Source of the DNA: Thermodesulfovibrionia bacterium | GTDB taxonomy: Bacteria; Nitrospirota; Thermodesulfovibrionia; Thermodesulfovibrionales; SM23-35 | Assembly (NCBI GenBank): GCA_041500225.1 | Contig: JBGQLV010000002.1 | Span: 5,616 to 69,615 of the forward strand | Direction of reading: 5' to 3' | DNA: 64,000 nt | Shown: positions 37,909-47,706 of the stretch, in pieces | Numbering within the stretch: the stretch's first letter is position 1 | Layout: each line of letters begins with the position of its first letter | The notes under the pieces: generated by a model | What the model was told of the DNA's origin: nothing | Seen by the model: only the letters and a program-made list of their open reading frames with translations | Databases searched by the model: none | Made by a program: the position numbers and the translations under genes

Positions 37909-40056
37909 ATGGACAAAGAAAAATATATAAAGCAAGAGTTACTAAAATCGACTCAATCGTTTATTGCTTCGCTTCTGCTTATTGCAAGCATTGGAATTAT
38001 ATTATTAAGCCCATTAGATTATTTTGTTACACCTGAAAATTTTAAACTGTTCCTTATTTATAGACTAATTGCAGCTTCTTTGTATTTCACATTATTTCTA
38101 ATTTTTAAGAAAGTAAACAAATTCCCTCTCATCTTTATTGCTATGGCTACCCTAATAATTTCGGCAATGATTGAATTAATGATACTTTCTTTTGGAGGAC
38201 ATCAATCAACCTACTATGCAGGATTTATTATAGTTTTCATCTTTTTGTTCGGGCTGCTTCCCATGTCTTTTAAAACGACTTTGTTTCTTACTTCAATGAT
38301 ATATACAACTTATTTATTGCCTATTTTAGTCTTAGATAATATTACAAACCCACGGATTTTTGTTAATAATAACATCTTTTTAATAGCTACTCTTACTGGG
38401 GGGCTTATATGGAGATACATAAACTATAAGATTCATATTAAAAAGCTCTCCCTCGAATATGACCTTGCTAAGGATAAAGAGCAACTCGCAAAATATTCCA
38501 CGCAACTTGAAGAATTGGTTCAGGAGAGAACAAAAGATCTGTCCATGTCAGAACAAAGGTTCAGGGCGCTTTTTGATAATGCAAATGATGGCGTTGTTGT
38601 TCTTGATAAGAACGGAATTATCATTAATATGAACAATAAGTTCTGCGAGCTGCATGGTTTTGATAAAGAAGCATTGATCGGTACACATTTCAAATTTTTA
38701 GAGGTTGAAGATCATAAAGAAGAGAAAGAAGAAAGGCTGAAAAGAATCTTAGATGGCGAATCCCTTGTCTTTGAGACAGAGCATTATAAAAGGGATGGAA
38801 GCAAGATCCTCCTCGAGGTTAGTTCAAAAGGTATCAACATTGGTGGAGATTTATTTATTCAGTCATTCCACAGAGATATCACAGAGAAGAAGGCAATTCA
38901 GGAACAATTAATGCATTCGCAGAAGATGGAGTCCATAGGGCAACTTGCCGGAGGGATCGCCCATAACTTCAATAATTTACTGACTGCCATACTCGGTTAT
39001 GCAGAATTATTAAAGGAATATAGTGATCTGGATAATGATTCTAAACAGAAGGTAAATAGCATTGAGAGTTCAGCCCGAAAGGCAGGTATTTTGGTCTCAA
39101 AACTGCTGAGTTTTTCACGCAAAGAGACATCCGAAGTTCTCCCATTAAACCTGAATGATGTTATCAATGACTCAGTTAAACTCTTTGAGGGTGTTCTGGA
39201 TAAAAAAATAGGTCTAAAGACAAATCTAAGCAATAATATCCCTACTCTTGAAGGTGACCCTAACCAGCTTGAACAGGTTATCATGAATCTTATGGTCAAC
39301 GCCAGAGATGCCATGCCTGACGGCGGTCTTATAACAATCAAAACCAGTCTGGCTGAGATTGAAAGAGATCGATTCAATATGCCGTCTTACATAATACCTG
39401 GGAAATATGTTTTATTAACCATATCTGATACGGGTTGCGGTATTCCTAAGGAGATAACAAACAGGATTTTTGAGCCCTTCTTTACCACAAAGGAAAAAGG
39501 CAAAGGTACAGGTCTGGGCCTTGCAATGGTTTATGGAGTGATCAAAGACCATAAAGGATATATTACTGTTCAGAGTGAGGTGGGCAAAGGCTCTACCTTT
39601 GATGTTTATCTTCCAGTTTCAGGTAAGACCGCTTATAAAGCTTTAAAGCAAAAACTTTTTTCTGTATCAGGACATGAAAACATACTCTTGGTTGACGATG
39701 AGGAAGAAGTATTGAATTTCATCAAGGATATCCTGGAAACCCATGGATATAAGGTATTGCCTGCAAGAAATCCCCTTGCTGCAATTGATATATTTAAAAA
39801 ACTTGGGAGTGAGATACATCTTGTTATATCAGATATTGTCATGCCATTAATGGATGGGAAAGAGCTGATAAAAAATCTCAGGGCAATAAAACCTGATATC
39901 AGAATAATCGTTGTTTCAGGTTTTAGCGACGAAGCTGTCAATAAAGATATTTTAAAGATTGATGATTTTCTTAAAAAACCGTTTGAAATTAATCAACTGC
40001 TCTCAAAAGTCAGACGTGTCATAGATGCAGGTATCAGGAATCTACCACCTTATTAA
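37909..40056 (+). CDS. membrane hybrid sensor histidine kinase (multi-TM sensor, PAS, HisKA, HATPase, REC)
   Basis: It has about 6-7 N-terminal TM helices and a PAS segment. The H-box is [11 protein letters not shown], the ATPase motif is [22 protein letters not shown], and the REC motif is [11 protein letters not shown]. Confidence 0.85.
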   Translation: MDKEKYIKQELLKSTQSFIASLLLIASIGIILLSPLDYFVTPENFKLFLIYRLIAASLYFTLFLIFKKVNKFPLIFIAMATLIISAMIELMILSFGGHQSTYYAGFIIVFIFLFGLLPMSFKTTLFLTSMIYTTYLLPILVLDNITNPRIFVNNNIFLIATLTGGLIWRYINYKIHIKKLSLEYDLAKDKEQLAKYSTQLEELVQERTKDLSMSEQRFRALFDNANDGVVVLDKNGIIINMNNKFCELHGFDKEALIGTHFKFLEVEDHKEEKEERLKRILDGESLVFETEHYKRDGSKILLEVSSKGINIGGDLFIQSFHRDITEKKAIQEQLMHSQKMESIGQLAGGIAHNFNNLLTAILGYAELLKEYSDLDNDSKQKVNSIESSARKAGILVSKLLSFSRKETSEVLPLNLNDVINDSVKLFEGVLDKKIGLKTNLSNNIPTLEGDPNQLEQVIMNLMVNARDAMPDGGLITIKTSLAEIERDRFNMPSYIIPGKYVLLTISDTGCGIPKEITNRIFEPFFTTKEKGKGTGLGLAMVYGVIKDHKGYITVQSEVGKGSTFDVYLPVSGKTAYKALKQKLFSVSGHENILLVDDEEEVLNFIKDILETHGYKVLPARNPLAAIDIFKKLGSEIHLVISDIVMPLMDGKELIKNLRAIKPDIRIIVVSGFSDEAVNKDILKIDDFLKKPFEINQLLSKVRRVIDAGIRNLPPY

Positions 40057-41022
40057 GGCCGAGGCCCATGTGAATCCACCGCCAAAAGCCTCAAGAAGTA
40101 TATAATCTCCATCTCTGATTCTTTTAGTTCTTACAGCCTCATCAAGGGCTATCGGTATAGACGCAGCGGAAGTGTTTCCATACCTTTCGATATTTACGAT
40201 GACTTTATCCATTGGAATCCCGATCCTGTCAGCAGTTGCCTGTATTATCCTTAGGTTTGCCTGATGAGGTATAAGAAGTGAAAGCCTTGAAGAATCTAAC
40301 TTATTCTCATCAAGAGTTTTAACCACAAGGTCTTCCAATGTCCTTACAGCAACCTTAAATGTCTCATTCCCTTTCATCTTAATATAATGGAGCTTGTTTT
40401 TAATCGAATCTATAGACGCAGGGTATCTTGAACCGCCTCCGGGCACATACAAAAGCTCCCACATCCTTCCATCAGAATTGATATGCGTTGAAAGTATTCC
40501 CCGATCTTCCTCAGTCTGTTCAATAATTACCGCACCTGCTCCATCACCAAAGATAACGCATGTGTTTCTATCTTCCCAGTCCGTAATCCTTGAGAGTACC
40601 TCTGCTCCAACAATAAGTACCCTTCTATGCATAAGCGATTTGATTAAACTATCTGCAATATAAAGGCTGTATAAAAACCCTGAACAGGTTGCATTTATGT
40701 CAAATCCTACTGCCTTTACAGCTCCCAGTTTATCTTGAAGAATGCATGCGGTTGACGGGAAAGGCATATCACCCGTTACTGTTGCAACAATAATCAGGTC
40801 AATATCATCTGCCTTCAACCCCGCCCTCTCAAGGGCTATCTTTGATGCCTCATATGCGAGGTCTGATGCTGCCTGACTATCATCAGCTATTCTTCTCTCC
40901 TTTATCCCTGTCCTCTCTGTGATCCATTCATCCGAGGTATCAACCATCTTCTCTAAATCATAATTTGTAAGAACCTTTTCCGGGAGATAAGAACCTGTGG
41001 ATATGATTCTACTTCTTAGCAA
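40042..41022 (-). CDS. fabH: beta-ketoacyl-ACP synthase III
   Basis: The active-site Cys context is DINATCSGFLYSL. It also has PHQANLRI and YGNTSAASIP. Confidence 0.9.
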   Translation of the reverse strand: MLRSRIISTGSYLPEKVLTNYDLEKMVDTSDEWITERTGIKERRIADDSQAASDLAYEASKIALERAGLKADDIDLIIVATVTGDMPFPSTACILQDKLGAVKAVGFDINATCSGFLYSLYIADSLIKSLMHRRVLIVGAEVLSRITDWEDRNTCVIFGDGAGAVIIEQTEEDRGILSTHINSDGRMWELLYVPGGGSRYPASIDSIKNKLHYIKMKGNETFKVAVRTLEDLVVKTLDENKLDSSRLSLLIPHQANLRIIQATADRIGIPMDKVIVNIERYGNTSAASIPIALDEAVRTKRIRDGDYILLEAFGGGFTWASALIRW

Positions 41023-42037
41023 GCTTTGTCCGTTCGTGGTGGGCTATTCCCTTTTCAATAGCAGAAGCTATAGTCTCATAGACCTTATTTTCTGCGAAAT
41101 CGGATGCAACCTTGATGGCATTCTTTATCGCCTTTGAAGTTGATCTACCGTGACTTATTATACATGTACCATTTATCCCCAGGAGAGGTGCTCCACCGTA
41201 TTCGTCATAATCTGTCTTCTTTTTAAAATTTCTTAACGCTGGCTTCATAAAAAGGTACCCAATTCTTCCAGCTGTCAGATTAGCAACCTCCCTCTTCAGC
41301 ATTTTAATCAGTGCATCAGCAAGACCTTCGCTGATCTTCAGCACAACATTTCCAGTAAATCCATCACAAACAATGACATCAGCATTTCCGGTAAAGATAT
41401 CTTTGCCATCGACATTACCCATAAAGTTAATATCTGCCTCTTTCAGAAGTTTGAATGCCTCTCTCGTAAGTTCGTTCCCTTTTGTGTCTTCTTCCCCTGT
41501 GCTAACGAGCGCCACCTTCGGTTCTGACCTTCCGAGGATTACCCTGCAATAGGTACTTCCCATTAACGCAAACTGAAGAAGATTTTCAGGCTTGCAGTGA
41601 AGATTTGCACCTGCATCTATAAGAACAAACGGTGCCTTTAGAGTAGGCATAATAGCTGCTATGGCAGGTCTATCAACACAATTAGATGTTCCGAGGAGTA
41701 ATAGTGCTGTTGCCATTACAACGCCAGAGTTGCCGGCGCTTACAAAGCCATCTGCTTCAGCGTTTTTTACAAGTTCGCAAGCCTTTCTTATGGATGAATC
41801 TTTTTTCTTTCTGATTGCAACAGAAGGAGATTCATCCATCCTGACAATCTGTGAGGCATGTTTTATAGATATTCGATTAATAGGACATCTTTTACTATCA
41901 AGTTCTGCTCTTATAGAAGACTCGTCACCAACAAGGATGATATCTATATCCTCAAAATCACTTACAGTCTCGATAGCGCCCTCAATATTGACAGCAGGGG
42001 CATAATCACCCCCCATTGCATCAAGGGCAATTCTCAT
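41009..42037 (-). CDS. plsX: phosphate acyltransferase PlsX
   Basis: The N-terminus is MRIALDAMGGDYAP and it has a CDGFTGNVVLK motif. It sits in the canonical position between rpmF and fabH. Confidence 0.9.
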   Translation of the reverse strand: MRIALDAMGGDYAPAVNIEGAIETVSDFEDIDIILVGDESSIRAELDSKRCPINRISIKHASQIVRMDESPSVAIRKKKDSSIRKACELVKNAEADGFVSAGNSGVVMATALLLLGTSNCVDRPAIAAIMPTLKAPFVLIDAGANLHCKPENLLQFALMGSTYCRVILGRSEPKVALVSTGEEDTKGNELTREAFKLLKEADINFMGNVDGKDIFTGNADVIVCDGFTGNVVLKISEGLADALIKMLKREVANLTAGRIGYLFMKPALRNFKKKTDYDEYGGAPLLGINGTCIISHGRSTSKAIKNAIKVASDFAENKVYETIASAIEKGIAHHERTKLAKK

Positions 42038-42225
42038 GCTTCTTTTACAACTACATCGAGAACCTTGCGGCCATTATATGAACCACAATTAGGACATACC
42101 TTATAAGAAAGTTTTAATTCATTGCAATCAGGACAGAGGCTGAGGTTAGGAAGTTGACCTCTACAATTGGCACTTCTTCTTTTATCTCTCCTTGCCCTTG
42201 TATGTCTATGTGTAGGGTTTGCCAT
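42034..42225 (-). CDS. rpmF: 50S ribosomal protein L32 (zinc-ribbon form)
   Basis: The 63-aa ORF begins MANPTHRHTRARRDKRR and has CPDC...CPNCG. Confidence 0.9.
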   Translation of the reverse strand: MANPTHRHTRARRDKRRSANCRGQLPNLSLCPDCNELKLSYKVCPNCGSYNGRKVLDVVVKEA

Positions 42226-42323
42226 TTTTCACTCCTTTCAATTGAGAATAATCTCTAACTTGTGATTGCCTTTATTAATCCCCCTCCGCCACACTTTAGA
42301 AAAGGTGGGAATTTAAAAGAAGC

Positions 42324-42821
42324 TCACTGTTTTAATAACTTTTTTAAAACCTCAAGCCGGGAATCAACATCTTTTACGTTACAATTGCAACTGCCTAAAT
42401 TAAAGTCAGTTCCGCACTTCAAACATATACCTTTGCATAAATCTGTACATAAGGGTTTCATAGGGAGATTGAGTGCTACCTGCTCTGACACCAGGGTAAG
42501 CAAATCCATTTCCTCTCCGGAATAAAAATCCATATCAAGTTCTTCGGCCTTAATCTCATGTTTATCTTCTCCTTTAAGTTCTTCAGCAGGATGATATACA
42601 ACATCAACCGGAATGGATAGCTCACTCCAAAAATCTTTCAGACATCTACTGCATTGAAGTTTGACATCGGTTATTATCTCACCCTTTACCAAAATCTCAC
42701 TACCAACTTTCTCTATCCTTAACCGTGCTCTTACAGGTAAGAGGATGCAATCAGATTCGATTGTCTCCTGCAGTTCTAACTCAAACCCTTCTTCGGGTAT
42801 ATCTGGAATTAATAACTTCAT
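42324..42821 (-). CDS. yceD: DUF177/YceD family protein
   Basis: It sits in the conserved position upstream of rpmF. It has a C-terminal Cys cluster CKGICLKCGTDFNLGSCNC. Confidence 0.8.
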   Translation of the reverse strand: MKLLIPDIPEEGFELELQETIESDCILLPVRARLRIEKVGSEILVKGEIITDVKLQCSRCLKDFWSELSIPVDVVYHPAEELKGEDKHEIKAEELDMDFYSGEEMDLLTLVSEQVALNLPMKPLCTDLCKGICLKCGTDFNLGSCNCNVKDVDSRLEVLKKLLKQ

Positions 42822-42874
42822 TAACTAAAAGATTCTTGGTAAAGTGTTTAATTATAAAAATTATTACAAAAATC

Positions 42875-42899
42875 TGTCAAGCATATTACTTCCTTGACA
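42875..42899 (+). promoter_or_regulatory. inverted repeat TGTCAAG-N11-CTTGACA upstream of gcvH (candidate operator; right arm contains TTGACA)
   Basis: Perfect 7-bp arms lie at 42875..42881 and 42893..42899, about 60 nt upstream of the gcvH ATG. Confidence 0.3.
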
Positions 42900-42958
42900 A
42901 AGAAGAAAAACCTATGATAAGAAATCAGAGTTTAGAAATTTTCAAAAAGGAGGAGACA

Positions 42959-43345
42959 ATGAATCCGGATGATCTCAAATACCATAAAGAACACACATGG
43001 ATTAAAGTATCAGGTAGAAAGGCAACAGTTGGCATTACTGATTATGCACAAAATGCACTTGGTGATATCGTTTATATTGACCTGCCGGAGGTAGATATGG
43101 ATTTCGAAATAAATAACGAGATTGGCGAGATAGAGTCAACAAAAGCAACTTCATCCATAATCGCGCCTTTGACTGGAAGAGTTATCGAGGTAAACGAAGA
43201 CCTTTCAGAATCCCCAGAGATAATAAACGAAGATCCATACGGGAAAGGGTGGATAGCCATCCTCGAAATTGATGATATATCGGAGCTCGATGATATGATG
43301 GACTCTTCTGAATATGAGAAATATGTTGAAGAGGAAGCAAAGTGA
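42959..43345 (+). CDS. gcvH: glycine cleavage system H protein
   Basis: It has the lipoyl-lysine context EIGEIESTKATSSIIAP and N-terminal KYHKEHTWIK...ATVGITDYAQ. The ATG at 42959 lies 6 nt after AGGAGG. The longer track ORF from 42725 is an upstream read-through. Confidence 0.9.
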   Translation: MNPDDLKYHKEHTWIKVSGRKATVGITDYAQNALGDIVYIDLPEVDMDFEINNEIGEIESTKATSSIIAPLTGRVIEVNEDLSESPEIINEDPYGKGWIAILEIDDISELDDMMDSSEYEKYVEEEAK

Positions 43346-44727
43346 AATTAGCCATACTCGGCGCTGGTCCCGGGGGATATGTTGCTGCAATTAAGGCTGC
43401 TCAGTTGGGTGCTCAAGTAACCGTGATTGAGGAAACAGAGGTTGGCGGAACCTGTCTTAACCGGGGCTGCATCCCCACAAAGTCCCTGGCTGCATCATCA
43501 GAGATGTTAGCCAAGTTGAGACAATCGGAGGACTTTGGAATTGAACTTAAAGGCGAAATAATTCCAAATCTTTCTAAAATTATCGAAAGGAAAAACAAGA
43601 TAGTTAATACCCAGGTAAAAGGCATAAGAGGCCTCTTTAAAAGCTGGGGGATAACACTCAAGGAAGGACGCGGGGTACTTCAGTCTCCATCAGAGATAGA
43701 AGTAACATTAAAGGATGGCTCTAAAGAGACTACTGCAGCAGATAAGATAATCATAGCAACAGGCTCAAGGCCGTCTCAGATACCCGCATTCCCGTTTGAT
43801 GGAGATAGAATAATCTCAAGTAATGATGCTATTAACCTTACAGATATACCAAAGAGCCTTCTAATTGTAGGAGCTGGAGTAATAGGCTGTGAATTTGCAT
43901 GCATTTTTAAAGAACTTGGTTCTGAAGTATCAATTATAGAAATGCTACCGAGGGCAGTTGCTACAGAAGATATAGAGATATCCGAACAACTTGAAAGAGA
44001 ACTAAAGAAGAAAAAGATAAAATTATATACAAATGTTAAGGTTGAAAAGGTAGATGTAAAAGACGATGGAGTACACGCCTGGCTCACTGATGGGAAAGAA
44101 ACAGTTGCTGAGAAAACACTTGTTTCTATAGGAAGGGCGTTCAATAGCAACGGGATTGGCCTTGAAACAATCGGTATAAATAAAGACATCCGCGGTGAGA
44201 TTATTGTAAATGAAAAGATGGAAACTAATGTGCCCGGCATATATGCTATAGGCGATGTTATCGGTGGTTTGCTGCTTGCACATGTCGCTTCAAAAGAAGG
44301 GATAACAGCCGCAAAAAATGTTATGGGTGGAGATGAAAGGATAGATTATTCGGTTGTTCCAGCCGGGATATTTACCTCACCAGAGATAGGCTCTGTAGGA
44401 TTAAGGGAACATCAGGCAGCAGAAAAGGGTATAAAAGTCAGGACAGGCCATTTCCAGTTCAGAACCCTCGCCAAAGCTCACATAATGGGAGAGATTTCAG
44501 GCTTTTTCAAGATAGTCTCAGAGGAAACGACAGACAGGATATTAGGTGTACACATCATAGGTCCCCATGCGTCTGACCTTATACATGAAGCAGCTATAGC
44601 TATAAAAAAAGGCTTGAAGACAAAGGACATTGCAGAAACAATCCATGCCCACCCTACCCTTTCAGAGGGCATGATGGAAGCAGCAGACGATGTCCATGGT
44701 GAAGCAATTCATACAATTAAGAGATGA
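43342..44727 (+). CDS. lpdA: dihydrolipoyl dehydrogenase
   Basis: The redox-active disulfide motif is GGTCLNRGCIPTK. It also has FAD/NAD Rossmann motifs and C-terminal HAHPTLSE. Confidence 0.9.
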   Translation: MKLAILGAGPGGYVAAIKAAQLGAQVTVIEETEVGGTCLNRGCIPTKSLAASSEMLAKLRQSEDFGIELKGEIIPNLSKIIERKNKIVNTQVKGIRGLFKSWGITLKEGRGVLQSPSEIEVTLKDGSKETTAADKIIIATGSRPSQIPAFPFDGDRIISSNDAINLTDIPKSLLIVGAGVIGCEFACIFKELGSEVSIIEMLPRAVATEDIEISEQLERELKKKKIKLYTNVKVEKVDVKDDGVHAWLTDGKETVAEKTLVSIGRAFNSNGIGLETIGINKDIRGEIIVNEKMETNVPGIYAIGDVIGGLLLAHVASKEGITAAKNVMGGDERIDYSVVPAGIFTSPEIGSVGLREHQAAEKGIKVRTGHFQFRTLAKAHIMGEISGFFKIVSEETTDRILGVHIIGPHASDLIHEAAIAIKKGLKTKDIAETIHAHPTLSEGMMEAADDVHGEAIHTIKR

Positions 44728-46091
44728 GTTTTAAAAAAGTTGAACCAGAGAGATGGGTCGTAAATTCAAAAAAGAAATATAAAGAAATATTTTCTGAACT
44801 CGATGTACTCCTTAAAGCACTCGATAGATTTTTCTATATTGAAAATCTTCCAATATCAAAAGAGGATCTCACACACAGGAATTTTTATGATGAGCTGACC
44901 GCTGTGAGGGATGTTATCTTCAGGATACTCGGCATACTCGAGGTTGTAATCCCTGAAAGCAAGAAGAATGCTTACTGGTTCCAGAAATTTGCAGAGTCAA
45001 AATTCTTTTCTGACCATACGAGAGACTCATTTAAAGAGGAACTTTATAAACAGGATACCACGGAAAAAGGATTATATCTCCTGTATGATTTGTTCATAAA
45101 CCTTAAAGGTATCGTCTCAGACCTCCTTAAGGCTGGAAAAATATCATACCTTGGTTATACAAATATAGGACAGCTTATAAGCAAGGAGATAAGGGAGAAT
45201 AATTTCTTTAACCCTTTCAGGAAGGAGATAAATCCTGAATTCGATATAATCAAAAATCATGAGATATCCGACATTGTCAGGTCTATAAAAGACAGAGAAG
45301 TCAAAAAATACATTTCTGTGTTCTACCTTTATCTTTTCAGGTTTTTAAGATATATAAGCCATATCGATATCACATCGCAGCACTCAATTGCCCTGAATTC
45401 TTCATTGTTAATTCTCATCCTGCTCAGGTCTGAGATTAACATGTTCCATAACTATATTAAAAAGGCAAGCGACAGGATAAAAGACGAGGAGCTCAAGATT
45501 CTTCTGAAATCTATCTCTTATCAGTTCTCTATGGAGACTAAAAGGGTATATTTCCAGGAATTAAAAGAGATAATGCGAAAGAAGGCGCCACAGCATTTCA
45601 GGGGAAAGATAGAGAACAGTCAGGGCATATTGAAAAACCTGACTGAGCAGAGTATTGTCCAGATAGCACAGTTCTTCAAGCCTGATGTTATGGGAGAAAA
45701 TATCTTCGAAAGTTTTACGACAAGGCTCTGGCAGTCCCTGAAATTAAGAGAAGACCTCTTTGTCCTGCACAGGCTTCTCATACTCCTTGAAGAAAAGGCC
45801 GGCTTACCCGAAAAAAGGTCAGATGTTTTTGAATCAACGAAAAATTTTATGCTTTATTTCGAGAGCTTAACCTTTAAACTACTGCGCTATGACGACTATG
45901 ATGAGTTTGCCTCTTTTTTTAATGACGTATTTTCTTTTAAAGAATCTGATTATAATAAAATACTTGAAAAGATTCATAACTTTAACATCTTTTTAGAGAC
46001 AACTTTACGCCACATAGATAACAGGGCAGAACTCAGGGATAAACCGATGGATATTAAGAAGATAGAGGAAATTGTAAATCAATATTTATAA
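44724..46091 (+). CDS. hypothetical protein (455 aa, predicted all-alpha, no recognised domain)
   Basis: This long ORF has host-like composition. Its ATG overlaps the lpdA stop (ATGA). I could not recognise any motif. Confidence 0.6.
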   Translation: MSFKKVEPERWVVNSKKKYKEIFSELDVLLKALDRFFYIENLPISKEDLTHRNFYDELTAVRDVIFRILGILEVVIPESKKNAYWFQKFAESKFFSDHTRDSFKEELYKQDTTEKGLYLLYDLFINLKGIVSDLLKAGKISYLGYTNIGQLISKEIRENNFFNPFRKEINPEFDIIKNHEISDIVRSIKDREVKKYISVFYLYLFRFLRYISHIDITSQHSIALNSSLLILILLRSEINMFHNYIKKASDRIKDEELKILLKSISYQFSMETKRVYFQELKEIMRKKAPQHFRGKIENSQGILKNLTEQSIVQIAQFFKPDVMGENIFESFTTRLWQSLKLREDLFVLHRLLILLEEKAGLPEKRSDVFESTKNFMLYFESLTFKLLRYDDYDEFASFFNDVFSFKESDYNKILEKIHNFNIFLETTLRHIDNRAELRDKPMDIKKIEEIVNQYL

Positions 46092-46105
46092 TAAGGGGGT
46101 CTCAG

Positions 46106-47380
46106 ATGGGAGAGATTACAGACATAATTGCAAGAGAGATTATTGATTCGAGGGGAAATCCAACAATTGAGGTAGAGATATTTCTTGAAAGCGGTGTTCG
46201 GGAAAGGGCTTCTATCCCATCAGGTGCATCTACAGGCGAAAAAGAGGCACTCGAGCTCAGGGATGGTGGAAGCCGTTTTAACGGAAAAGGGGTACTGAAT
46301 GCAGTCAGGAACGTCAGTGAGGAGATAGCACCACGTTTGAGGGGACTCGATTCAGAAAACCAGATATATATAGATAACCTTTTGATAGAGCTTGACGGTA
46401 CAGAGAACAAAAGCAGGCTTGGGGCAAATGCTATTCTTGGTGTCTCAATGGCGGTATGCAAAGCAACCTCGATAGAGATGGGAATACCACTATTTAGATA
46501 CATAGGGGGGTGCAATGCAAAAGAGCTTCCTGTACCGATGATGAATATACTTAACGGCGGAGCCCACGCTGATAATAATCTTGACATACAGGAGTTTATG
46601 ATAGTGCCGGCAGGATTAAGCAATTTTCCAAATGCTATCAGGGCAGGTGCAGAGGTCTTCCATACCCTGAAGGGAATACTCAAAAAGAAGGGACTCAATA
46701 CCTCTGTAGGTGATGAGGGAGGTTTTGCACCTGCTCTATCGAGTGCAGAGGATGCCATTACACTCATAATACAGGCAATAGAACTTTCTGGTTATAAACC
46801 GGGTAAAGATATCTATCTCGCACTCGATGTCGCAGCATCAGAATTTTATAAAGATGGATATTATAATTTCGAGGGGAAGAAAGTCTCATCAGATGATATG
46901 ATTTCGTATTACGAAGTGATGATATCTAAATATCCTCTAATTTCTATAGAGGATGGGCTTTCAGAAAATGACTGGGATGGATGGAAGGTTCTGACACGCA
47001 GGCTTGGCAAAAAAGTACAGCTTGTAGGTGACGATATATTCGTCACAAACAAAATAATAATAAAAAAAGGCATAGAAGATGGGATTGCAAATTCGGTACT
47101 TATAAAACTCAATCAGATAGGGACTTTGACAGAGACACTTGATGCTATAGAGATTGCAAAGAAGGCTGGATATACTGCTATAATCTCACATAGGTCCGGA
47201 GAGACAGAAGACACAACTATTGCTGATTTATCAGTCGCATATAATACAGGTTTTATAAAAACAGGCTCACTCGCAAGAGGTGAGCGTGTAGCAAAATATA
47301 ATAGACTTCTCAGGATTGAGGAAGAGCTGTCAGGCTCTGCTATATACAAAGGGAAAAAAGCGTTTTATAATTTAAGATAA
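46106..47380 (+). CDS. eno: enolase
   Basis: It has [27 protein letters not shown] and the [11 protein letters not shown] motif. Confidence 0.95.
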   Translation: MGEITDIIAREIIDSRGNPTIEVEIFLESGVRERASIPSGASTGEKEALELRDGGSRFNGKGVLNAVRNVSEEIAPRLRGLDSENQIYIDNLLIELDGTENKSRLGANAILGVSMAVCKATSIEMGIPLFRYIGGCNAKELPVPMMNILNGGAHADNNLDIQEFMIVPAGLSNFPNAIRAGAEVFHTLKGILKKKGLNTSVGDEGGFAPALSSAEDAITLIIQAIELSGYKPGKDIYLALDVAASEFYKDGYYNFEGKKVSSDDMISYYEVMISKYPLISIEDGLSENDWDGWKVLTRRLGKKVQLVGDDIFVTNKIIIKKGIEDGIANSVLIKLNQIGTLTETLDAIEIAKKAGYTAIISHRSGETEDTTIADLSVAYNTGFIKTGSLARGERVAKYNRLLRIEEELSGSAIYKGKKAFYNLR

Positions 47381-47706
47381 TGAGTAACCCGGTTAACCTT
47401 TTAAGAAAACAGGTGGTATCAGAGATTAGAAAGAGAAGGCTGATATTCTTCACCATCATTCTCCTTAGCTTTATATATCTTTTTATAAGTTTGATCTTCG
47501 GGGATATGGGCCTTCTCAAATACAGGGAACTTAATAAGACAAAGATACGTTTAGGAACACAGATAGAAGAGATATCAAAGGAAAACGAGCAACTCAGGTC
47601 ACATATAAATTCACTCAAAGAGGAACCTTTTTATACAGAGAAATATGCAAGAGAGGACTTCGGATTAGCAAAGCCTGACGAGTATATCTTCCAGTATGAC
47701 AGATAG
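47380..47706 (+). CDS. ftsB: septum formation initiator family protein (FtsB/DivIC-like)
   Basis: It has a single N-terminal TM segment followed by a coiled coil, then the C-terminal EKYAREDFGLAKPDE motif typical of FtsB/DivIC. It is located after eno, as in many bacteria. Confidence 0.7.
   Translation: MSNPVNLLRKQVVSEIRKRRLIFFTIILLSFIYLFISLIFGDMGLLKYRELNKTKIRLGTQIEEISKENEQLRSHINSLKEEPFYTEKYAREDFGLAKPDEYIFQYDR

Noticed and set aside
40042-40056. Convergent 3'-end overlaps (kinase/fabH at 40042..40056; pepF/FDP at 4058..4061) as regulatory antisense arrangements
   Set aside because: Short stop-region overlaps of convergent genes are common in compact genomes, and no additional structure was seen.
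42725-42958. 78-codon N-terminal extension of gcvH in the track ORF
   Set aside because: The extension overlaps the yceD 5' end and the promoter region. A canonical AGGAGG-ATG at 42959 gives a normal 128-aa GcvH.
42822-42958. Glycine riboswitch upstream of gcvH
   Set aside because: The region is AT-rich and lacks the conserved GGAGAG...CACCG-type cores of glycine aptamers. Only a short inverted repeat is present.
46102-46767. 221-aa ORF antisense to enolase
   Set aside because: It lies entirely inside the strongly supported eno gene on the opposite strand. Its Ser/Pro/Ala-rich low-complexity translation is typical of a shadow ORF.
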